Notes: generated from the sequence alone by a model not told the origin. A stretch of DNA of 64,000 nt from an uncultured Gemmatimonadaceae bacterium (GCA_963817955.1 CAWFQK010000001.1:96001-160000), one strand, 5' to 3'; positions 50,807 through 61,324 are shown, counted from the first letter of the stretch. Translations and numbers: made by a program.

Positions 50807-51229
50807 ATGCCTCACCAACTACAGATCCTGATGGTCGAAGACAATCCCGGGGACGTGGACCTCACCCGGGAGGCGCTTGACGCAGCGCATATCGTCAGTG
50901 ACTTGCAGTTGGCGAGGGACGGGGAGGAAGCGCTCTGCATGCTGCGCGGTATCGGGCGATCGCCGGACCTCATCTTCCTGGATCTGAATCTTCCGAGAAT
51001 CAGCGGATTTGAAGTGCTGGCGCAGATCAAGGCCGATCCGAACCTTCGGCGCATTCCTGTGATCATTCTGACGTCTTCTGCCGCAGAGCGCGACGTCACG
51101 CGCGGCTACGACCTCCACGCGAACGCGTACGTCGTGAAGCCGGTCTGCCTGCAGCAGTTCTTCGCGGCCATTCGCAGCATCGAACAGTTCTGGGCGTCCG
51201 TCGTACGTCTCCCACAGGCCGCCGGCTGA
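50807..51229 (+). CDS. Single-domain response regulator (Rcp1-like)
   Basis: [22 protein letters not shown] and ANAYVVKP. Confidence 0.94.
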   Translation: MPHQLQILMVEDNPGDVDLTREALDAAHIVSDLQLARDGEEALCMLRGIGRSPDLIFLDLNLPRISGFEVLAQIKADPNLRRIPVIILTSSAAERDVTRGYDLHANAYVVKPVCLQQFFAAIRSIEQFWASVVRLPQAAG

Positions 51230-52356
51230 TGGGCGTCATGCCGAACCTCACCGTGCTGCTCGTAGAAGACAACCCGGGTGACGCGCTCCTGATCGAAGAA
51301 ATGATCGCGGATCGCGGACGCGACACCGTTCGCCTGCAACTCCGCACGGCCACCGATCTCCGAGCGGGCATCGACGCCGCTCGTGGGACGCAACTCGACG
51401 CAGTCTTTCTCGATCTGTCGCTGCCGGACTCGCATGGATTGGAGACGCTCGATCGTTTTCGAGAAACCGCGCACGATCTGCCTGTCATCGTCCTCACCGG
51501 CTGGGACGATGCCGATATCGCGGCAGAAGCAATGCGTCGCGGCGCGCAAGACTATCTCGTGAAGGGTTCGTTCGATGCTTCCCTCCTGCGCCGATCGGTG
51601 CGTTATGCGGTGGAGCGGGCAGCGGGCGAACGAGAGCGTCGCCTGCTCGAATCGCGACTCCGGCATGCCGAGCGACTCGACTCCGTTGGCCGGCTGGCTG
51701 GCGCCGTCGCACACGACTTCAACAACCTGTTGACCACGATCGTCAACAATCTGGAGTTTGCTCGAAAGGAAGGTCCGCTCACCGCGGCGCAGCGAGCGGA
51801 CATCGATACCGCACTCGGCGCCGCCGACTCCGCCGCCGGCCTGGTCCGTCAGATTGTACAGCTCTCGCAGTGGGGTGAGGAGCCCGCGACCATGCTGTTG
51901 ATCGATTGCGCGATCCGCGAGATCTGTGTCGATCTCCACGATCGTTGGGGCAGTCGGCATCCGTTGCTGGTGCGTGGTCAATGCGCCGCAAGCGTTGCAA
52001 TCATGCCAGACGAGCTCCAGCGGGTGCTGCACAACCTCAGTGAGAACGCATACGAGGCAATGCCAAACGGTGGGACCATCATCGTCGAAGTCGCCGACGT
52101 GCGGCCTGGCCCCTCGAGCGCGGCCGGGGTTCGCATCAGCGTGACGGATGACGGGACCGGCATGAACGCGGACACCGTGCAGAAGATCTTCGATATGTAT
52201 TTCTCAACGAAGCCAGACGCGCAGCGGGTTGGGAGCGGACTCGGATTCGGACTCGCCGTGGCGCACGCGATCGTTACGGCTCGGGGCGGTTACATCGATG
52301 TCACGTCCACGCCGGGCCACGGAAGCCGATTTGATGTGATCCTGCCCGCAGCATAG
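51229..52356 (+). CDS. Receiver-histidine kinase hybrid
   Basis: REC (VEDNPGD, LDLSLPD, GAQDYLVK), AHDFNNLL H-box and HATPase (DDGTGM, GLGFGLA). Confidence 0.9.
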   Translation: MGVMPNLTVLLVEDNPGDALLIEEMIADRGRDTVRLQLRTATDLRAGIDAARGTQLDAVFLDLSLPDSHGLETLDRFRETAHDLPVIVLTGWDDADIAAEAMRRGAQDYLVKGSFDASLLRRSVRYAVERAAGERERRLLESRLRHAERLDSVGRLAGAVAHDFNNLLTTIVNNLEFARKEGPLTAAQRADIDTALGAADSAAGLVRQIVQLSQWGEEPATMLLIDCAIREICVDLHDRWGSRHPLLVRGQCAASVAIMPDELQRVLHNLSENAYEAMPNGGTIIVEVADVRPGPSSAAGVRISVTDDGTGMNADTVQKIFDMYFSTKPDAQRVGSGLGFGLAVAHAIVTARGGYIDVTSTPGHGSRFDVILPAA

Positions 52357-52419
52357 CTGCGCGCCAGAAATCTCTGCCCGAGTGCTTGGTTGGATGGACG
52401 AGTTCGCCTAGTCTCCAGC

Positions 52420-53463
52420 ATGTACTCGACCTGTCTGTTCTGCCATTCCGCTCTGGGGAAGAACGAAGCAATCGAACACTTTCCCGTCGGAAGACGACTC
52501 GCGTTCGACGAGGCGAAAGGCCGGTTGTGGGTGGTGTGCAGCTCATGCGAGCGGTGGAACCTCACGCCGATCGAAGAGCGGTGGGAGGCGATCGAGGAGT
52601 GCGAGCGCGCCTTTCGCGATACGAAGCTACGCGTTTCGACCGACAACGTGGGACTCGCGCGGTTGCGCGAGGGCATCACGCTGGTTCGCATCGGGGCACC
52701 ACAGCGCCCCGAACTCGCCGCGTGGCGTTACGGCGATCAGTTCGGACGACGCAGGCGTAAGCACGTCATCATGACGAGCACCGTGATCGCTGCGGCAGGC
52801 GGTCTCGTCATCGCCGGTCCGTTCATGGGCCTGATCAGCGCTTCTGCGGTCAACCTGCTCAACGTCGGGAGCGCCGTCGACTCGTTTCGCGCGGTGGCCC
52901 GCATCAACGTTGAAGGAACGCAGTACCGTCTCAACCGCAAAGCGATCGCGCGAGTCGCCCTCCGCCGCCACGGCCAGACCGGGTTCGAGCTGGAGATTCC
53001 CTACATGATACCGTGGAAGACTGCGATCACGTTCGCCAAGTACGGCGGCGCGGCGGCTCTCAGGTCGAACCCGTCGCTGACGCTGCTCGACGACGATGCG
53101 TTGCGGGCCGCGCGTACCCTGCTGCCGCGCATCAATTCCAAGGGCGGGGCCGTCGCCGCCGTGCGCGACGCCGTCGATTTGCTCGAGGCAACACCGCAGC
53201 CTGACAGATTGTTCGCGCGCGCCGCCCAGGCAAGCGAACGACGCAGGGGCTGGTCGGCGCTGCCGTCGGGAAGCATCTCGACACTGCCGGCCGCGCAACG
53301 TCTGGCGCTCGAAATGGTTCTGCATGAAGAGGACGAGCGCCGTGCCCTCGAGGGTGAGTTGGCGACGCTCGAGGAGCGATGGAGAGAAGCCGAGGAGATC
53401 GCCGCAATCAGCGACGACATGTTCCTGCCGGCTGGTATCGTTGACAGGTTGAGGCGGGTGTGA
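52420..53463 (+). CDS. Hypothetical protein with an N-terminal Zn-ribbon and a TM segment
   Basis: CLFC..CSSCERWNL, a central hydrophobic segment and an acidic coiled-coil end. Confidence 0.8.
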   Translation: MYSTCLFCHSALGKNEAIEHFPVGRRLAFDEAKGRLWVVCSSCERWNLTPIEERWEAIEECERAFRDTKLRVSTDNVGLARLREGITLVRIGAPQRPELAAWRYGDQFGRRRRKHVIMTSTVIAAAGGLVIAGPFMGLISASAVNLLNVGSAVDSFRAVARINVEGTQYRLNRKAIARVALRRHGQTGFELEIPYMIPWKTAITFAKYGGAAALRSNPSLTLLDDDALRAARTLLPRINSKGGAVAAVRDAVDLLEATPQPDRLFARAAQASERRRGWSALPSGSISTLPAAQRLALEMVLHEEDERRALEGELATLEERWREAEEIAAISDDMFLPAGIVDRLRRV

Positions 53464-53926
53464 GACACGGGACACGAGACACGAGACACGAGACACGGGA
53501 CACGAGACACGGGACACGGGACACTCACAACTCACGACTCACAACTGGACACCCGAACCTCGCCGACCGGCGATAGTAGCCTGCATGCCAGGCGCCCTGG
53601 TGCGCATGACCTGTATACTGACAACTGACAACTCACCACTGACAACTCACCACTGATTACGCTACCCGCGACGGCCTGTCCTCCTGAGCGAAGGACCTGG
53701 GAGATCGGATTGGACTCCAGGTGTTGACCGGCGGGATGTCGCTGGCTGCTCCGTAGTGGTCGGCCCGCCGGTCGGCGAGTTTCGAGTGTCCAGTTGTGAG
53801 TTGTGCGTTGTGAGTGTCTCGTGTCCCGTGTCTCGTGTCCCTCGCCCGTGTCTCGTGTCTCGTGTCTCGTGTCTCGCGTCCCGTGTCTCGTGTCCCGTGT
53901 CCCGTGTCCCCGCCCGTGTCTCACAC
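53458..53926. mobile_element. Heptamer-armed palindromic MITE/REP-like element, copy 1
   Basis: (GAGACAC/GGGACAC)n left arm with the complementary right arm, an inner 35-bp IR with 2 mismatches, and a unique core shared with copy 2. Confidence 0.8.
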
Positions 53927-55135
53927 GCGCCCGAGCCAGTCCCGGATGTGCTCGTACACATCAGCGCGGTGCAGCAGGTCGAGGTGACCGGCCCGGTAGG
54001 CAATCCAGCGGTAGTCGGGCTCGAACGGAAGAACGCGTTGTGGCTCCGCGTGCTCGCCGAGCGCGCTGCCTAACGGCACCAGCCCGTCGCCCCACCCACG
54101 TCCGCCGAAGCCGTCCGGACCGTGGCCTCGCGCGGCAGCGATGGTGTAGCATTCGACCCCCGCCGGCAGTGGGACGATGCCGCGCGTGTCGCCGGCGGGC
54201 GTGAAGCGATCTCGGCCCTGCCAGTCTTCATCGAGCAGATTCCCGTACCGTAGGTCGGTGATACCGGCGCTCCGCAGGCGACCCAGCCGAGCGAGCGGCG
54301 CGGCGTAGGGCACCTCCGCCAGTGCCGTCTCAAAGGCGTTTCCGGCGCGCTCCAACTGCGAGCCGTGGTGCGGCGTCGCCAGAAAGACGAGCTTGCGCAG
54401 CGTCGCCAGCCAGTCGTGCCCCGCCTGCGCCGCGTAGTGGCAGGCGCTGCGAGCGACCATCCCACCCATGCTGTGGCCCACCACCGCCAGCCGCTCCACC
54501 GGCACCGGCCAGGCCTGCACCAGCGCCTCGAGCAGCGCCGCACACTCCTGACCATTGCTGGAGATGTGTAGGCCCGTGTTGTAGTGCAGGTACAGCGGCG
54601 TGTAGCCCAGGTCGCGAGCCAGCGCCTGGCCATGGTCGCCGGTCCCATGCCAATCCCACTGCCGGTGGTTCATACACAGGCCATGGATGAGCACCACAAT
54701 CTGGTTCGTTGCGTCCGGCAGCGCGGCAGCCAGCGCAGCGCGCTCCAGTGACAACGGCTTACCTCCGTGACGCAGCACCATGGGGATCGCCAGGGCGTTG
54801 TTGGTTTCGGCCAGGTGGTCGCCGATGATCCCGTTCACCACCGCGCGCACTCTTGCGTCGCGCGGGTCATCAGTCAGCGTCACGCGCCGCTCGCCTATGT
54901 CCAGCTTCCGCAACAAGGCAACTGAGCCGCTCGTGACCAACCTGATGCTCTTGTAGGCGAGGCTTGTGATGCCCCGCGTGCGCCCCGGCTGGCGCTGACG
55001 TGGCGAGCCCAGGCCGGCGATGCGGGAGTGGACGTCTTCAACCACGTCCGTTATTTGCTCAACCGCCGTGGCGGCCACGAGCGCGGCCGCGATCGCGGTG
55101 TCGTAACTTCGGCTGCCTTGAGGAGATCGGTTCAC
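53921..55135 (-). CDS. Alpha/beta hydrolase (lipase/PGAP1-like)
   Basis: LIHGLCM, YNTGLHI, GHSMGG, LATPHHGS, GDGLVP and GHLDLL. Confidence 0.9.
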   Translation of the reverse strand: MNRSPQGSRSYDTAIAAALVAATAVEQITDVVEDVHSRIAGLGSPRQRQPGRTRGITSLAYKSIRLVTSGSVALLRKLDIGERRVTLTDDPRDARVRAVVNGIIGDHLAETNNALAIPMVLRHGGKPLSLERAALAAALPDATNQIVVLIHGLCMNHRQWDWHGTGDHGQALARDLGYTPLYLHYNTGLHISSNGQECAALLEALVQAWPVPVERLAVVGHSMGGMVARSACHYAAQAGHDWLATLRKLVFLATPHHGSQLERAGNAFETALAEVPYAAPLARLGRLRSAGITDLRYGNLLDEDWQGRDRFTPAGDTRGIVPLPAGVECYTIAAARGHGPDGFGGRGWGDGLVPLGSALGEHAEPQRVLPFEPDYRWIAYRAGHLDLLHRADVYEHIRDWLGRV

Positions 55136-55265
55136 GTGTAGTCGCGGCTGTCAGGATGGTGCCCGATTGTCGATTGCCGAACCAGCTCATCAACGTACTC
55201 CGCGGACCGGAACGCGGCCCGGGAACGAGAGCGCACTGACGATACAAAGTCGATCCACGAACATC

Positions 55266-56247
55266 ATGTCACAGCTTCTCACGTCGTACGGGTACGTCTT
55301 CCTCTCCTTGTTCGCCGCGCTGGGCGTGCTGGTCTTGCTCGGAATGCGCTGGTTCCACGCAAATCGCGAGCGCCTTGCCCTGTGGGTGACCGGCCGATGG
55401 CGGCGCGCCGCCACATCACCTCGATTCGCCTCAATCCGCGCCCGTCACCCGCGCTTGTGGACGTTCATCGGTGCGCGAATCGCCCAGGGGCGAGTACCTC
55501 GGGCTTCATCTCACCGTCGGGATTGTCATCAGCCTCGGCGCCATGTGGCTGTTCGGCGGCGTGACCGAGGACGTGATCCACCACGATCCATTGACGACAG
55601 TTGACCTCCAGGTGGCAGTCTGGTTCCGCGCGCACGCGACCCCACTCGGCGACTCGGTGGGCGTCTTCTTCAGTACCATCGGCTCACCGGTCGGTATGGC
55701 AGTGCTGGCAGTCTCTGTCGCCATTGTGCTCGCGTACAGGCGCTGGTGGATCACACTCGCCGGCTGGGTGGCCGCATTTACTGGTGCAGGCGTTCTGGGG
55801 TTGGCGATCAAGCTCATCATTCACCGCCCGAGGCCGGAGGGCGCCGTACACTTCCTCCATGACACGTCGTTCAGCTTCCCGAGTGGCCACGCGCTGGGAT
55901 CGCTCGTGGGTTTCGGGATGCTCGCGTATCTGCTCGTCGCCTACTGGCCGCCGGCGCGACAGCACCGGGTACTCGTCAGCCTCTTGGCCGTCCTGCTCGT
56001 GTTGGCCATCGGCCTCTCGCGGCTCTATCTGGCCGTGCACTACCTGAGCGACGTCGTGGCCGGGTACGCGGCAGGGCTGGTCTGGTTGGCCGCCTGCATA
56101 ACGGGCGTGGACATCGCACTGGGCCAGCGCGGACTCGACCCATGGATGGTAGGCGTCGAGCGACGAAGCACCCCGCGCGCGGCACTCGAGGGACTCGACG
56201 CTGCCTCGCGACCCTCCGATCGAGGCAACGGGGAACGCCCGTCCTAG
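55266..56247 (+). pseudogene. PAP2 phosphatase (remnant of a DedA-PAP2 fusion), frameshifted near 55485
   Basis: DedA-like start MSQLLTSYGYVFL, then GARIA/[+1]/RGEYLGLHLT, KLIIHRPRP, SFPSGH and SRLYLAVHYLSDV. Confidence 0.8.
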
Positions 56248-56287
56248 CGCACTCAGAGGGTGCTCGCCTTGCTTTGGGCCGGGATGG

Positions 56288-57067
56288 ATGTCGCGAACGC
56301 CTTATGCTAATGTGCCGGTCCGCCGACACTGCCTACTCACCGCAACCACGGGCCGGCACCGGGGTCACAGAGGGTGGGCCTTCGGGCCATGCGTTTCCAC
56401 GGCTCGTCCGGGCCCAACCATTCATCCATCCGGCATTCCCATCAGACGGCTAGGCTTTTTCGTCCCGCTCGCTTTGGCGTGTGCTTCGTTGGCAAGGGCG
56501 CAGTCGGTTCCGGTCCGGGTGTTTCAGTCGCTCCCTGGCAGCTCACTGGTCATCAGCGGCTCTACGACGATCGGCACCGCGTGGCATTGCGGATCCACAG
56601 ACGTGCTCTCGTTCGCTGAGGCGTCTGGGCGCCCCCCGGACGATCATGGCGCCCTGCCGCGCATTCGCACTGTGACCATTAGCGTTCCCGTATCAGGGCT
56701 GCATTGCCAGAGCGGGCGGATGGATCGTGCCATGCAACGGGCGCTGAAGGCCGACCGCGACACCGCGGCGCGCGTGATCCTCGGCTATTTCGAGTATCGT
56801 GACGCCGCGCCAAGATCACCAGCGGGCGAAGTGACTCTGGCCGGCACGCTTCGCGTCGCCGGCATCCAGCAACCTGTCGTCTTGCGCTCTATCGTCACAG
56901 AGAGCCCCGAGGGAGTCATCTCGGTGCACAGCGAGGTGCCGTTATCGCTGACGAACTTCGGGATTGTGCCGCCGAGTTATCTGTACGGCGCCGCGCGCGC
57001 ACGCGACGCGATCACCGTCAAGGTTGACCTGCGGTACCCTTCGGCCAATAGGCATTCCGGGCCGTAG
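56288..57067 (+). CDS. YceI-like protein (true start uncertain)
   Basis: Signal-like LALACASLARAQ, SLVISGSTT, MDRAMQRALKA, GTLRVAG and LTNFGIVPP. Confidence 0.75.
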   Translation: MSRTPYANVPVRRHCLLTATTGRHRGHRGWAFGPCVSTARPGPTIHPSGIPIRRLGFFVPLALACASLARAQSVPVRVFQSLPGSSLVISGSTTIGTAWHCGSTDVLSFAEASGRPPDDHGALPRIRTVTISVPVSGLHCQSGRMDRAMQRALKADRDTAARVILGYFEYRDAAPRSPAGEVTLAGTLRVAGIQQPVVLRSIVTESPEGVISVHSEVPLSLTNFGIVPPSYLYGAARARDAITVKVDLRYPSANRHSGP

Positions 57068-57074
57068 TGTTGGC

Positions 57075-57432
57075 GAGACACGCGACACGCGTGTGGGACA
57101 CTCACAACGCACAACTCACAACTGGACACTCGAACCTCGCCGACCGGTGGGCCGACCGCTACGGAGCAGCCAGCGACATCCAGCCGGTCAACACCCGGAG
57201 GCCAATCCGATCTCCCAGGTCCTTCGCTCAGGAGGACAGGCCGTCGCGGGTACTGTGATCAGTGGTGAGTTGTCAGTGGTGAGTTGTGAGTGTACGCGTA
57301 TGCGCACCAGGGCGCCTGGTTCGCAGGCCACGGCCGCCGGTCGGCGAGGTTCGGGTGTCCAGTTGTGAGTCGTGAGTTGTGAGTTTCTCGTGTCCCGTTT
57401 CCCGTGCCCCATATCCCGTTCTCCCGTTACCC
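57075..57432. mobile_element. Heptamer-armed palindromic element, copy 2 (inverted relative to copy 1)
   Basis: The core CCAATCCGATCTCCCAGGTCCTTCGCTCAGGAGGACAGGCCGTCGCGGGTA is the reverse complement of about 53663-53713. Same inner IR, with shorter, degenerate arms. Confidence 0.8.
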
Positions 57433-57793
57433 GCTGCCGCCCCCAACTCGCCGCCCGTACGCGACGAACGCCAGCAGCACTCCGACTGCTGCTGGAAGCA
57501 ACGCGGCGCGTCGTGGCGCCAGTGGCCAGCGTAGCGCCTATCGCGCCGGACATTATCATCATGAGACCAAGGGCGGCCAAGGGCGTCAGGTACGGACGGA
57601 TGCCGGTCAGCCCTGGCAAGACCAGGCCGAGTGCGCCGGCAATCTCGGCGACTGCAACGAACCGCAGCAACAAGCCTGGCACCGGGATCTGTTTCGTGAT
57701 CGCCGCGATCGGCATGACGAGTTTCGCTCCGCCCGCGAACAGGAAGAGCGCCGCGAGGACTGCCTGGAGCATCCAGAGGAGGCGGTTGCGCAT
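57427..57793 (-). CDS. DoxX family membrane protein with an apparent 1-nt frameshift near 57510
   Basis: LLWMLQAVLAALFLFAGGAKL..AEIAGALGLVLP..LAALGL, then ALLPAAVGVLLAFVAYGRR* in the alternative frame. Confidence 0.8.
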
Positions 57794-58029
57794 GGCCGAG
57801 AGCCTTTTCACAGAATGAGAATGCTTCCGGACGCCAAATCCTATCGCCCGAGCTGAACTGTGGCCAGCGAGACAGAGATTCGCGTATCGTGCACACCCGA
57901 GGGAGCAAATCCAGGGCCCGAGACAGGCCCTGGTGGGTATCAAGAAAACGTTCGTCCGCTTGCTTGGGCCGCCGTCATGCCCGCATACTGCGAGTTCCAA
58001 CTTCCATCCCGCCGCCAGGATCATCCCGA

Positions 58030-61000
58030 ATGATGCGCGCGTTCTCTCTCTTCAAGCCATCCACTGGCCTGCTGCTCGCCAGTGGTCTCCTGTTCGTCCC
58101 CGCACCCACACCTCAGGCACCAGTCGATCCGGGGCTCTATTCCGCACTCGTCTGGCGCAACGTTGGCCCGTTCCGCGGCGGCCGCGTAGCCGCCGTCACG
58201 GGCGTCATTGGTCAGCCGGGAGTGTTCTACGCCGGCCTCCCCGCCGCCGGCGTGTGGAAGACGACCAGTGCTGGAACGACCTGGTTCCCGGTTTTCGACT
58301 CGGTCAAGGACGTGTCGTCCATCGGCGCGATCGAAGTGGCGCCGTCGGATCCGAACGTCATCTACGCCGGCACGGGCGATATCGTCACCGGCGGTGCGAT
58401 CAACGAAGGCAATGGCGTCTATAAATCGATCGATGCCGGAAAGACCTGGCAGCACATCGGCCTCGACGCCACGAAGCAGATTCCGTCGATCCTGGTCGAT
58501 CCACGAGATCCCAACATCGTGATGATCGCCGCCCAGGGCGACATCCATCAGAAGAGCGATGCACGCGGCGTGTTTCGCAGCACCGATGGCGGAAAGACGT
58601 GGACGAAGACGCTCTACGTAGACGACGAGACGGGCCTACAAAAGCTCGCCCGTGCGTACGACGTACCGGACGTCGTCTTTGCGACCACGGTGCGGCACTA
58701 CAACGCGCCCGGCGGGACGGCTCCGCGCGGGGGACCACAAGCGGCTGGCCCAACAGGTACGGCGCTCTACAAGTCCACGGATGGCGGCGTCACCTGGCAC
58801 GAAGTTACCGGAGGCGGATTGCCCCGGCTCGTCAGCCGCACCTCGGTTGCCGTTGCCATGCACACGAATGCGCAACGGGTCTTCCTCATCGGCAGCTTCG
58901 GTCTCTACCGCTCTGACGATGGCGGCACCACGTGGCGCCAGATGGATCCCTCGGACCGGCGCATCGCCAACGGTCAGGGCGGCTACAACTGCGGCGTCTA
59001 TGTCGATCCGCAGAACCCGGACGTCGTCTACACGATCAACACGTCGAGCTACAAGTCCACCGATGGTGGCAACACCTTCACTGGATTCAAGGGCGCGCCC
59101 GGCGGTGACGACCCGCAGCAGATGTGGATCGATCCGACGAACGGTCAGCGCATGTTCCTCGGACTCGACCAGGGGGCAACGATCACGCTCGACGGCGGCC
59201 AGGCGTGGAGCCCATGGTACAACCAATCCACGGAACAGATCTATCACTTCGCCACCGACAACTCTTTTCCGTACTGGGTCTACGCCACGCAGCAGGACGC
59301 GGGCGCCATCGCCACGCGCAGTCGCGGCAACCTCGGCGAGATCACGCCGCTCGATTGGAAGCCGGTGCCAGGGTGGGAGTGGGGTACCATCGTTCCCGAT
59401 CCGCTCGACCCCAACACGGTCTACGCCAGCGGCTCGGGCATCGTGAAGATCAGCTATCCCGACGAACAGTGGATCAGCGTCAGCCCCGCTTCCGATCCAG
59501 CACTCAAGCTCCGCACGGCTTTCTCGCAGCCCCTGGCGTGGGCTCCGTGGAACCAGCACGAACTGCTCGCGGGCTTCCAGTACCTCATGGGGACCACCGA
59601 TGGCGGGGTACACTGGACGAAGATGAGCCCCGATCTCGGTGTTTCGAAAACGCTCACGGCAGCTCTACCAGCGCGCGCCGGCGCAACCCAATTCCCGGCT
59701 CCGCCGGGCGGCGCCATCGAAACGATCTCGGCGTCGAGTGCCGCGCAGGGCGTCATCTGGGTCGGTACGAACAATGGCATCATTCAGGTCACACGCGACA
59801 ACGGCAAGACCTGGTCGGAGGTCAGCATTCCTGGTCTGCCGAACGCCTCGCGCGCACTCGTCTCCACCGTCGAGGCATCGCACACCGACGCGGCGACGGC
59901 GTACGCCGCCGTCGATCTGCACGGCGTCGGCGACTACACACCGTACGTCTACCGTACGCGGGATTACGGCAAGACCTGGACGCCGATCGTCACCGGCCTT
60001 GCAACGAATCAGCCGGGCGGCAGCTTCGCGCGCGTCATCCGAGCCGACTCCAAGCGGCCAGGCTTGTTGTTCGCCGGCACGGAGAGCGCCATGTACGTGT
60101 CGTTCGACGACGGCGATCACTGGCAGTCGCTGATGCTCAATCTGCCGACGACGTCGTATCGCGATATCGCGATCAAGGGCAACGATCTCGTCGTCTGCAC
60201 CTACGGCCGCGGCATCTGGATTCTCGATGACTACGCGGTACTGCGACAGCTGACCCCGGCCGTCGCCAGTGAACCGGCGCACCTGTTCAAGCCCGACGAC
60301 GCGGTCCGCGTCCGCCGTAACGTGAACGCCGATACGCCATTTCCGCCGGAAGTGCCGCACGCGCTCAACCCACCGGACGGCGCGATCATCTACTACTCGC
60401 TGTCATCAAAGCCGGCCGGCGACATTTCGCTCGACGTGCTCGACGCGTCTGGCGCCGTGGTGCGCCACCTGTCGAGCGCGCCGATCATACCCGTCGCCGA
60501 AGCGGCGCAACCACCGGAGCCGAACTTCTGGTTGCTCGTACAAACACCCATGCCGACCAATGTCGGCATGAACCGAATCAACTGGGACATTCGTTACGAT
60601 GCGCCCCCGGCGTTCAGCCACAGCTTCGAGATCAATGCGAATCCCGGGTTGACGCCAGCATCGCCAGAAGGACCGATGGCGCCGCCGGGCAGGTACACGG
60701 TGAAGCTGACCGTGAACGGCAAGAGCTACTCGCAGGCGCTCACCGTGAAGAACGATCCGCGTTCAAACGTCGTTCCTGCGGCACTCGGGAGCCAGCACGT
60801 CTTACTCGCGCAACTCGCTCACGGCACCGAGAGCGCGTGGGCCGGCAACCACCAGGTCGGTGCGCTCCGTTCAGCGATCCAGAAATCGGCCGGCGCTGGT
60901 CCGCCCGCCGAAATCGCATCCGCAGTCGCCGCAGTCACGGCCAAGCTCGATACGATCGGCGGAGGTGTTGGGGGCGGACGTGGCGGTGGCGGTGGCGGAC

Positions 61001-61266
61001 GTGGTCGCGGGGCCACCGCGCCGCCGAACTTCGCCGCGCTGAATGGCGATTTCGTTCGTCAGTTGAACGCGCAGGACAACGCCGACATGGCCCCGACACC
61101 GGCCATGCTCGCTGCAGCCTCGGCGGCATGCGCCGAGCTGCATACAGCAGCACAGAATTGGAAGGGCGTCGTGGCGAAGGATCTGCCTGCGCTCAACGCG
61201 GTGCTCACCAAGAATGGTCGCGCAGCGGTGCCGGTCCCGGTGGTCGGAGCTCTGGACTGCAAGTAG
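58030..61266 (+). CDS. Large secreted BNR/Asp-box (VPS10-like) beta-propeller protein, glycosyl hydrolase-like
   Basis: WRNVGPFRGGR, many SxDGGxTW Asp-boxes, TYGRGIWILD, and a C-terminal Ig-like and helical region. Confidence 0.9.
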   Translation: MMRAFSLFKPSTGLLLASGLLFVPAPTPQAPVDPGLYSALVWRNVGPFRGGRVAAVTGVIGQPGVFYAGLPAAGVWKTTSAGTTWFPVFDSVKDVSSIGAIEVAPSDPNVIYAGTGDIVTGGAINEGNGVYKSIDAGKTWQHIGLDATKQIPSILVDPRDPNIVMIAAQGDIHQKSDARGVFRSTDGGKTWTKTLYVDDETGLQKLARAYDVPDVVFATTVRHYNAPGGTAPRGGPQAAGPTGTALYKSTDGGVTWHEVTGGGLPRLVSRTSVAVAMHTNAQRVFLIGSFGLYRSDDGGTTWRQMDPSDRRIANGQGGYNCGVYVDPQNPDVVYTINTSSYKSTDGGNTFTGFKGAPGGDDPQQMWIDPTNGQRMFLGLDQGATITLDGGQAWSPWYNQSTEQIYHFATDNSFPYWVYATQQDAGAIATRSRGNLGEITPLDWKPVPGWEWGTIVPDPLDPNTVYASGSGIVKISYPDEQWISVSPASDPALKLRTAFSQPLAWAPWNQHELLAGFQYLMGTTDGGVHWTKMSPDLGVSKTLTAALPARAGATQFPAPPGGAIETISASSAAQGVIWVGTNNGIIQVTRDNGKTWSEVSIPGLPNASRALVSTVEASHTDAATAYAAVDLHGVGDYTPYVYRTRDYGKTWTPIVTGLATNQPGGSFARVIRADSKRPGLLFAGTESAMYVSFDDGDHWQSLMLNLPTTSYRDIAIKGNDLVVCTYGRGIWILDDYAVLRQLTPAVASEPAHLFKPDDAVRVRRNVNADTPFPPEVPHALNPPDGAIIYYSLSSKPAGDISLDVLDASGAVVRHLSSAPIIPVAEAAQPPEPNFWLLVQTPMPTNVGMNRINWDIRYDAPPAFSHSFEINANPGLTPASPEGPMAPPGRYTVKLTVNGKSYSQALTVKNDPRSNVVPAALGSQHVLLAQLAHGTESAWAGNHQVGALRSAIQKSAGAGPPAEIASAVAAVTAKLDTIGGGVGGGRGGGGGGRGRGATAPPNFAALNGDFVRQLNAQDNADMAPTPAMLAAASAACAELHTAAQNWKGVVAKDLPALNAVLTKNGRAAVPVPVVGALDCK

Positions 61267-61289
61267 GGCTTCAGGGTGCAGGACAAGTA

Positions 61290-61324
61290 CGCAGCCGGCG
61301 CTTTGCGCCGGCTGCGCTTGTTTG
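61290..61324 (+). terminator. Rho-independent terminator
   Basis: 12-bp stem CGCAGCCGGCGC-TTT-GCGCCGGCTGCG followed by CTTGTTTG. Confidence 0.7.

Noticed and set aside
53532..54204. ORFs rich in TRDTRHE or VSRVSC repeats
   Set aside because: These are translations of the non-coding heptamer arms.
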